From positions 96,001 to 160,000 of IMG/VR virus record IMGVR_UViG_2974637922_000001: 64,000 nt of DNA. The stretch is one strand, 5' to 3'. The stretch is from a virus (Duplodnaviria > Caudoviricetes). Position 1 is the stretch's first letter; every line of letters begins with the position of its first letter. This document shows, in pieces, positions 57,243-64,000 of this stretch. A program made the position numbers and the translations under genes. The notes beneath the pieces are model-generated. The model searched no databases. It saw only the letters and a program-made list of their open reading frames with translations, and had not been told where the DNA came from.

Positions 57243-57266
57243 CCACTCCTCACGGGGTGGTTTTTT
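57243..57266 (+). terminator. Intrinsic terminator
   Basis: ACCACTCC-TCAC-GGGGTGGT followed by a T run. Confidence 0.8.
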
Positions 57267-57287
57267 ATTGCTTATAACTAGTGTAAC

Positions 57288-57596
57288 TTGGGTTACATTA
57301 TGAAAGCCGACGCACAACTAGAACACCACGCCAATTGCTGGAATGCTATTCGAAATAATGATAAGGAATACTTTAAGATAGGAGTTGGTGTTTATAAAAC
57401 CATCAACGCTGACAGGGAATACTATATCAATAGTCGTATTGAAACTGATAAGAAGAGTGATATATCAGAAATGGATCAAGTGAAAGAAGCCCACTCTAAA
57501 CACTTAAGTTACTTCATTGGATACAAATCAGAAGTAACAGTTGAAGCTATCAGTAGTGATTGGAAATCTACATTATACCGGGTTACTACCTGCTAG
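57288..57596 (+). CDS. Hypothetical protein
   Basis: ORF upstream of gmd. Confidence 0.55.
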   Translation: MGYIMKADAQLEHHANCWNAIRNNDKEYFKIGVGVYKTINADREYYINSRIETDKKSDISEMDQVKEAHSKHLSYFIGYKSEVTVEAISSDWKSTLYRVTTC

Positions 57597-57628
57597 GGTG
57601 TGTTATAATAGATGAAATGCATGTTGTG

Positions 57629-58627
57629 ATGAAAGCTTTAATCTCTGGAATTACAGGTCAAGATGGATCCTATCTTGCTGAACTTCTACTTAAGAAGGGG
57701 TATGAAGTCCATGGTATTATTCGTAGAACCTCCTCGTTTAATACAGGAAGAATCGATCATATCTTCGATCAGTTACACCTCCACTACGGGGATTTGACTG
57801 ACTCCCTGAACATAGTCTCTATCATTAAGGAAGTAGAACCTGATGAGATCTACAACCTAGGGGCACAGAGTCATGTGAAGGTATCATTCGAGATCCCTGA
57901 ATACACTGCACAAACAGACGCTCTGGGAACTCTACGAGTATTGGAAGCAGTCCGTCTCCTAGGTATGGAGAATAGAGTTCGTATCTATCAGGCATCCACT
58001 AGTGAGTTGTATGGATTAGTTCAGGCAGTTCCACAGAAAGAAGATACCCCATTCTATCCACGATCCCCATATGGTGTAGCGAAACTCTATGGTTACTGGA
58101 TTATAAAGAACTACAGAGAGAGTTATGGGATGCACGCTAGTAGTGGTATCCTATTCAATCATGAGTCACCACGACGGGGTGAGACCTTTGTAACTCGTAA
58201 GATTACTAGGGCACTCTCTCGTATCAGTACAGGACTACAAGATGTTCTCTACCTAGGTAACCTAAACGCCAAGAGGGACTGGGGACACGCAGAGGACTTT
58301 GTAGAGGCTATGTGGTTGATGCTCCAACAGGATAAACCTGATGACTATGTGATTGCCACCGGGGAACAATACTCAGTTCGTGAATTTGTAGAGGCATCTG
58401 CTGAATACTTTGGTATGAAGATTGAGTGGCAGGGTGAGGGATTAGATGAAGTGGGTATAGATAGATTCACTAAGAAAGTCGTTGTTCGTGTCAGCGATAA
58501 GTATTTCCGTCCAGCAGAAGTTGAGTCTCTCTGGGGAGATCCTACCAAGGCTAAAGAGGTATTAGGTTGGAAACCTAAGCATACCTTTAGTTCTTTGGTT
58601 GAAGATATGTGTATTTACGGTCAGTGA
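57629..58627 (+). CDS. gmd: GDP-mannose 4,6-dehydratase
   Basis: [31 protein letters not shown]; TGTTATAAT at 57601. Confidence 0.97.
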   Translation: MKALISGITGQDGSYLAELLLKKGYEVHGIIRRTSSFNTGRIDHIFDQLHLHYGDLTDSLNIVSIIKEVEPDEIYNLGAQSHVKVSFEIPEYTAQTDALGTLRVLEAVRLLGMENRVRIYQASTSELYGLVQAVPQKEDTPFYPRSPYGVAKLYGYWIIKNYRESYGMHASSGILFNHESPRRGETFVTRKITRALSRISTGLQDVLYLGNLNAKRDWGHAEDFVEAMWLMLQQDKPDDYVIATGEQYSVREFVEASAEYFGMKIEWQGEGLDEVGIDRFTKKVVVRVSDKYFRPAEVESLWGDPTKAKEVLGWKPKHTFSSLVEDMCIYGQ

Positions 58628-58629
58628 TT

Positions 58630-59556
58630 ATGAAAAAGGGTTCAACGGTAGCAGTATTTGGTTCGGGTGGATTGGCTGGAAGTGCCATCACCAGGGCACT
58701 CAGGTGTTCCTTTATGGCACATAAGATTCTTACCCCTAGGAGTAAGGAACTAGACCTAAGAGAACAGGCAGATGTTCGTAGTTGGTTTAAGGAGAACAAA
58801 GTTGATTATGTATTCTTAGCCGCCGCCCTAGTTGGTGGTATTATGGCTAACAAGACTAGAAAGGCAGAGTTCTTACACGACAACCTAATGATGCAGTGTA
58901 ATGTAATTGACTCTGCATACTATAGTGGAGTAAAGAAACTCCTATTCTTAGGTACCTCTTGTATCTATCCAGCAGGAAGACACCATCCACTAGTGGAACA
59001 TGAACTACTCACAGGACTATTAGAACCAACCAATGACGCATACGCAATCGCAAAGATCGCAGGGATCAAACAATGTGACTTCTACCGAGAACAATATGGA
59101 TTTGATGCTATCTCTATCATGCCTCCTAATCTATATGGTCCTGGAGATAATTTCAATGAGGGATCAGGACATGTCCTCGCCTCATTGATGAATAGGTTTC
59201 ACCTAGCGAAGGAAGCAGGTGCATCTAGAGTTGAATGTTGGGGTGATGGATCACCTATGAGGGAGTTTCTATATGTGGATGACTTAGCAGATGCTTCCTT
59301 ATACTTTATGAATAGTTATAGTGAGTCTGGGCACATTAATACTGGGACTGGTAGGGATGTAACTATCAAACAACTAGCGGAGACTATTGCTGATGTAGTT
59401 GGATACAAAGGTGAGATAGGTTGGGATACAACTAAACCCAACGGAAACCCAAGGAAACTACTTGACAGCAGTAGGGCAAACCTGTTAGGATGGGAACCCA
59501 AGGTTAAATTTGAAGACGGAATCAAACTCACATACAACTGGTATCTAGCACAATGA
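58630..59556 (+). CDS. fcl: GDP-L-fucose synthase or ColC-type epimerase/reductase
   Basis: GSGGLAG, LVGGIMAN, GTSCIYP, YAIAK, NLYGPGDNF. Confidence 0.93.
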   Translation: MKKGSTVAVFGSGGLAGSAITRALRCSFMAHKILTPRSKELDLREQADVRSWFKENKVDYVFLAAALVGGIMANKTRKAEFLHDNLMMQCNVIDSAYYSGVKKLLFLGTSCIYPAGRHHPLVEHELLTGLLEPTNDAYAIAKIAGIKQCDFYREQYGFDAISIMPPNLYGPGDNFNEGSGHVLASLMNRFHLAKEAGASRVECWGDGSPMREFLYVDDLADASLYFMNSYSESGHINTGTGRDVTIKQLAETIADVVGYKGEIGWDTTKPNGNPRKLLDSSRANLLGWEPKVKFEDGIKLTYNWYLAQ

Positions 59557-60746
59557 CAAAGATTACAAATGGATATACGTGGCCTCTTATGAAGGACACT
59601 GTGACCAAGAGAGATAGGTTGAGGATGGCAAAGTTTATCCTCACCAGTGATAGACTAACACAAGGTAAAGAAGTTCGTAAGTTTGAGGAGCAGTGGAGTG
59701 AGTGGCTTGGAGTTAAACATTCTCTTTTTGTTAGCAGTGGCAGTACCGCTAACCTACTTCTTGTGTCTGCTTGGAAGGAACTATACGAGATCCCAGACCA
59801 GGCGAAAGTAATTGTACCTGCTTGTACTTGGGTAACTAACGTTGCTCCTATTATCCAGTGTGGATTGACTCCAGTCTTTTGTGATATCAATCTAGAAGAT
59901 TACTCTTTTGATTTGGATAAACTACAAGAACTACGTGATGAATATCACGATGACATCAGAGGTATCTTTGTTACTCACCTCCTAGGATTTCCTGCTAATG
60001 TGGAAAAGTTTCGTGATGTTTTCCCCGACGCTCATATTCTAGAAGATGTATGTGAGAGTCACGGAGCAGTCCTCCCTAGTGGTGATAAGGCGGGAACCTT
60101 TGATGTTGGTGGCACATTTAGTTTCTACTTTGGGCACCACATGACTACCATTGAAGGTGGTATGGTGAGTACTAATGATCCAGAACTCTATGATCTAATG
60201 AGAATGAAGCGTTCTCATGGGTTAGCGAGAGAATCACTATACTTTGAAACATACAAAGAGAAGTATCCTGATGTAAATCCACAGTTTCTCTTCGTTACTG
60301 AGGGATATAACTTCCGTAATACTGATCTAGCTGCTGTATTAGGACAGTCTCAACTGAAGAGACTAGACAGTATGATTGGGATTCGTAACAGGAACTATGA
60401 GTTATACCAACAATTACTAAAGAAACACGAACATGACCTTACACATGAGTATGGTGGTTCTTTCTATATCCCCTCCACACAGGGGGATGTAAGTAGTTTC
60501 TGTTTTCCATTTGTAGTTGATAATATGCACTGTTATCTTAAGTTAAAAGAACTTCTAGAAGAATACTATGTTGAGTATCGACCTATTGTGAGTGGTAACC
60601 TCCTACGACAACCATTCTTGAGAGAATATTCTGCTGAGTGTCCCAAGGCAGATATAGCCCATGAAAAGGGACTATATATTGGGAATAATCACTTTGTAGA
60701 TGAGTCTAACTTTCACATGTTAGATGAGATTTTGAGCCAACTTTGA
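59553..60746 (+). CDS. ColD-like GDP-4-keto-6-deoxymannose 3-dehydratase (DegT fold)
   Basis: SSGSTANL, EDVCESHG, FSFYFGHHMTTIEGG (His in place of the PLP lysine). Confidence 0.8.
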   Translation: MTKITNGYTWPLMKDTVTKRDRLRMAKFILTSDRLTQGKEVRKFEEQWSEWLGVKHSLFVSSGSTANLLLVSAWKELYEIPDQAKVIVPACTWVTNVAPIIQCGLTPVFCDINLEDYSFDLDKLQELRDEYHDDIRGIFVTHLLGFPANVEKFRDVFPDAHILEDVCESHGAVLPSGDKAGTFDVGGTFSFYFGHHMTTIEGGMVSTNDPELYDLMRMKRSHGLARESLYFETYKEKYPDVNPQFLFVTEGYNFRNTDLAAVLGQSQLKRLDSMIGIRNRNYELYQQLLKKHEHDLTHEYGGSFYIPSTQGDVSSFCFPFVVDNMHCYLKLKELLEEYYVEYRPIVSGNLLRQPFLREYSAECPKADIAHEKGLYIGNNHFVDESNFHMLDEILSQL

Positions 60747-60747
60747 T

Positions 60748-61542
60748 ATGACATTTTCATTTAATCATATGGGCAACTTGGGGCATCTGGGAAACCAGAT
60801 GTTTCAGTATGCCGCACTCATTGGTATGGGGGCTAAGCATGGGAGGAGTATTTGTATCCCCCATAAACAAAGTTTTGGGCAATCATACTACCAAGAACTT
60901 CGTAGTAATATCTACGATGCCTTCAACCTCTCACCTAATGGTGTAGGTATCAGTAGGTTCCCCACAGTTCAGGAAGGTAGTTTCCACTTTGATGAGAACT
61001 TATTTGAGAACCCACCAGATGAGAACTGTAACCTCTATGGATTCTTCCAGAGTGAAAAGTGGTTCTCACATATCAAAGAAGGTATTAAGAAAGAGTTCAC
61101 TCTAAAGGATGAATACCGGGAAGTGGCACAACTGATGAGAGAACAACTCTCTGGTCAGGTTGTTGCTATTCATGTTCGTAGAACTGACTACCTATCCAAT
61201 CCAAACCACGGAGCATTGGGTTTAGATTACTATGAGAAGGCACTGGAGTTGGTTCCTAATAACCTTACAGTAGTTGTATTCACTGATGATCCAGAGTGGG
61301 CTAAAGAACAACCACTCTTTCCAGATGATAGGTTCTTTGTATCAGAGACAGACTGTCCCTATACAGACCTTGCTCTTATGAGTATGTGTGATTATCATAT
61401 TATTGCCAACAGTTCATACTCTTGGTGGGGTGCATACTTATCTGATAGTAAGAAAGTAATTGCTCCTAAACAGTGGTTTGGGGAACCACTTAAAACAAAT
61501 AACCTGAAAGATCTTTATTGTGATGGGTGGGTGAAACTATGA
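60748..61542 (+). CDS. GT11 alpha-1,2-fucosyl/colitosyl transferase
   Basis: GHLGNQMFQYA, GFFQSE, HVRRTDY, NSSYSWWGA. Confidence 0.92.
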   Translation: MTFSFNHMGNLGHLGNQMFQYAALIGMGAKHGRSICIPHKQSFGQSYYQELRSNIYDAFNLSPNGVGISRFPTVQEGSFHFDENLFENPPDENCNLYGFFQSEKWFSHIKEGIKKEFTLKDEYREVAQLMREQLSGQVVAIHVRRTDYLSNPNHGALGLDYYEKALELVPNNLTVVVFTDDPEWAKEQPLFPDDRFFVSETDCPYTDLALMSMCDYHIIANSSYSWWGAYLSDSKKVIAPKQWFGEPLKTNNLKDLYCDGWVKL

Positions 61543-62162
61543 GTAACTTTGCAAGTGCTAAACAGTTTATCAAGAATGGTATTGATACACAACAGGAGTC
61601 TATCTCTGGTGGTGGCAGCACTATGGCTTCCACAGTTGCCTTCAGATACTTCCTACCAAAGTATATCAAACAGTATGGTATTGAGAGTATCTTAGACATT
61701 GGGTGTGGTGACTGGCATTGGATGTCTACTATCAGAGAAGAGTTTCCTGATGTAGACTATGAGGGATGGGATGCCTCTGAGGATATGATTAATCCCATGA
61801 CTGAGAAGTATGGAACAGAGAATACTAGGTTTGAGGTAAAGGATATCATTGATAACAAGTATCCCAAAGTGGATTTGGTTATCGCTCGTGATGTTCTATT
61901 CCATCTCAAAGAGGATTACCTAAAGAAGGTTCTCAAGAATATCAGTAAGGCAGGTGTGAAGTATCTACTAGCAACCACCTTTCCAGGTTTACCTAAGAAC
62001 GAAGAACTCACTCCTAAGAAATATGACGGTTGGGGATTCAGACCAATCAATCTGGATATCGAGCCTTATAATATGAAAGATTATTGTATCAATGATTTCA
62101 AGGAAACGACAGCCCCTAACAGAGGATACTATCGTCATGTCTATTTGTATGAGGTAAAATGA
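61527..62162 (+). CDS. SAM-dependent methyltransferase
   Basis: SILDIGCGD, RDVLFHL. Confidence 0.85.
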   Translation: MGETMSNFASAKQFIKNGIDTQQESISGGGSTMASTVAFRYFLPKYIKQYGIESILDIGCGDWHWMSTIREEFPDVDYEGWDASEDMINPMTEKYGTENTRFEVKDIIDNKYPKVDLVIARDVLFHLKEDYLKKVLKNISKAGVKYLLATTFPGLPKNEELTPKKYDGWGFRPINLDIEPYNMKDYCINDFKETTAPNRGYYRHVYLYEVK

Positions 62163-62311
62163 AGATCGAAATTGAACTATCTAAAGATGTAGAATACAAA
62201 GGAGAGAAACTAGGTGAGTATATCTGGAACCTAGAAGAGGGAATTAATCATGTTACTGGTTTTGGTGATTCACTTGAGGAATGTTTTAAGGAAATTGTGA
62301 GGTTTAGATGA
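62159..62311 (+). CDS. 50-aa hypothetical (not in ORF track)
   Basis: GAGG SD; ATGA-coupled on both sides. Confidence 0.55.
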   Translation: MKIEIELSKDVEYKGEKLGEYIWNLEEGINHVTGFGDSLEECFKEIVRFR

Positions 62312-63039
62312 AGAAAGTAGCTATTATCTTTATTGGAACAGGTAGATACCTAGAGTTTCTACCAAAGTATTATGAACAGGCAGAAGCAAACCTCTTCCCT
62401 GACAGACCCAAACACTACTATGTGTTTACTGATGGTGACTTAGGTAATGAACTACCTGACAATGTAACTGTATACGAACAGGAACATCTTCAATGGCCAT
62501 ACATCACCCTCTATCGTTTCGGTATTATCCAGAAACACCTAGAGGAGATTGAGAAGGAGTGTGGTTTCCTACTCTTTATGGATGCTGATACACAGGTAGT
62601 ATCCCCTGTATCGTTCGATGAAGTATTCAGGAAGGGAAAACCCTATACAGGTGTTCATCACCCCTGCCACGCCCTGAATATGCCACCACACAATGAGTTT
62701 CCTGGTAGTCTAGAAACTAATACAGCATCCAAGGCAGCATGTAAACCTGGTGATGACTTCTCTGTATATTGGCAAGGTTGTGTATGGGGTGGAAACATAA
62801 AGGGTGCTCGTAAGATTATTGATACTCTCCACCACAGAACTAAACAAGATGAGGAGAATGGAATCATTGCCAAGTGGCATGATGAAAGTCATATCAATAG
62901 ATACTTCCTTGATAACAAAGATAAGGTGAATACCCTATCACCTAGTTTCGCATACCCAGAGTCCTTCACTGAGTATATGGAAGACTACGAACCTAAGATT
63001 GTACACCTAGCAAAAGAGAATTCTAAGTATCAGGTATGA
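62308..63039 (+). CDS. GT6 (ABO/alpha-1,3-Gal(NAc) transferase-like)
   Basis: IGTGRY, YYVFTD, WPYITLYRF, FMDAD, WHDESHINRY. Confidence 0.9.
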   Translation: MKKVAIIFIGTGRYLEFLPKYYEQAEANLFPDRPKHYYVFTDGDLGNELPDNVTVYEQEHLQWPYITLYRFGIIQKHLEEIEKECGFLLFMDADTQVVSPVSFDEVFRKGKPYTGVHHPCHALNMPPHNEFPGSLETNTASKAACKPGDDFSVYWQGCVWGGNIKGARKIIDTLHHRTKQDEENGIIAKWHDESHINRYFLDNKDKVNTLSPSFAYPESFTEYMEDYEPKIVHLAKENSKYQV

Positions 63040-63659
63040 GTTACTTCACAGATTATGACAACGAATTCACAGTATTTGAGGCACCAAAGAACGGGGGAAC
63101 TACTCTCCGTCTTTGGATATACTACGCAGGAACAGGGGAGTTGGTGAAGTCAGCGGAGTCTGAATACTACGCTGGCACTGGAGAAACATACAAACAACTC
63201 CAAGAGTGGGGTTATGTGAATGGGGAATACGAGAACCCCAAGACCCAGATGGTATGTATCAAGAGAGACCCTGTAGATAGGTTTGTAAGTGCCTTCTATG
63301 ATAAGGTAATCAAAGAGGGGAGAATCAAAGTAACCATCGATGAGTTTCTCTCAAACTATGAAGAGATACTTGATAAGTCTACCCTCAAGATGAATGATGG
63401 TAAGACTAACTTCATGAAGTTTCACTTTGAGTCACAGACATATCACTTTGGTAAAGATAGAGATCTATATCATAAGGTCTTTGATATCTCAGAGGTTGGT
63501 ACTGGTCTGAAGAAGTATCTGGAGAGTAAGTGGAATATAGAACTACCTGATGTCCATGCTAGAAATAGTGGTGGTGGTAGAAAGTTTGATCTCTCCAGGG
63601 GACAACTGAATAAGGTAAAGGAAATTTACACACAGGACTATTATAATGGGTGGTACTGA
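63036..63659 (+). CDS. Sulfotransferase family protein
   Basis: PKNGGTT (5'-PSB), RDPVDRFVSAF (3'-PB), HFESQ. Confidence 0.85.
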   Translation: MSYFTDYDNEFTVFEAPKNGGTTLRLWIYYAGTGELVKSAESEYYAGTGETYKQLQEWGYVNGEYENPKTQMVCIKRDPVDRFVSAFYDKVIKEGRIKVTIDEFLSNYEEILDKSTLKMNDGKTNFMKFHFESQTYHFGKDRDLYHKVFDISEVGTGLKKYLESKWNIELPDVHARNSGGGRKFDLSRGQLNKVKEIYTQDYYNGWY

Positions 63660-64000
63660 AGGATATATCCTGATAGGTATTGGTGATAGGTATCTACAGA
63701 TGACAGAGAACCTCACTAAAACTCTAAAGAAACATGGAGATAATAGAGGATCCCTAACTATCACAAGATCGGATAATAGGGAACTCTATAGTGAGTGTAA
63801 CACTGAGTTTGAGAGGAATGGAACTCTACCTAAGATTACCTTAGATAGATACTTACCTTTTGATCACAATATATTCCTAGATGCTGATATGTTATGTGTA
63901 GGTGATACACAACATGTATGGGATCTATTCAGGAGTAGTGATCAGTTTGTTCAACAGGTAGGATGTTTGGGAAGAGATCCTAACTTCCACGCTCACCAGT
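63646..64000 (+). CDS. GT-A fold glycosyltransferase (3' end outside window; not in ORF track)
   Basis: MGGTEGYILIGIGDRY..PFDHNIFLDADML; frame is open to the window end. Confidence 0.7.
   Translation, partial: MGGTEGYILIGIGDRYLQMTENLTKTLKKHGDNRGSLTITRSDNRELYSECNTEFERNGTLPKITLDRYLPFDHNIFLDADMLCVGDTQHVWDLFRSSDQFVQQVGCLGRDPNFHAHQ

Noticed and set aside
13884-57628. Track start codons at 13884, 16101, 30540, 39504, 42288, 49980, 55447 and 57560
   Set aside because: The extensions run over promoters, a tRNA or upstream genes, so downstream starts were used
57195-57628. wcaG RNA upstream of gmd/fcl
   Set aside because: Only one TGGYG copy, and a terminator plus an ORF separate it from gmd
62159-62311. 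HicB-like antitoxin (TGFGDSLEE)
   Set aside because: Motif too short and no HicA partner nearby
609-63764. Most minus-strand and nested ORFs in the track
   Set aside because: They lie wholly within conserved + strand genes and show no motifs or expression signals
1-64000. CRISPR array, transposon or integrase
   Set aside because: No regularly spaced repeats and no transposase or recombinase motifs seen

Overview
A 64-kb segment of a T4-like cyanophage (Synechococcus-type myovirus). Almost all genes are on the + strand. The core runs g20 portal (5'-truncated), g21, g22, g23, g3, uvsY, uvsW, g55, g47, g46, a VWA/CobS pair, g45, g44, g62, regA, hsp20, a g43 split into two ORFs, uvsX, g41, mazG, tRNA-Arg/tRNA-Asn with structured RNAs, g61, nrdA and nrdB. 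Accessory genes include six 2OG-Fe(II) oxygenase genes, an OMP, CpeT, peptide deformylase, two lytic enzymes and small NdhP/NdhQ-like ORFs missing from the ORF track. The window ends in a sugar cluster (gmd, fcl-like, ColD-like, GT11, GT6, sulfotransferase). The best candidate for an undescribed system is 32.3-42.3 kb. It holds two nuclease-like genes (PD-(D/E)xK and HNH), each followed by an adenine methyltransferase with its own host-type promoter. The 980-aa HNH protein carries a T4-type capsid-targeting/gp21-cleavage leader and an N-terminal domain shared with the neighbouring nucleotidyltransferase. This suggests a virion-packaged, injected nuclease with methylation-based self-protection. 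All calls come from reading motifs by eye; no database searches were run.
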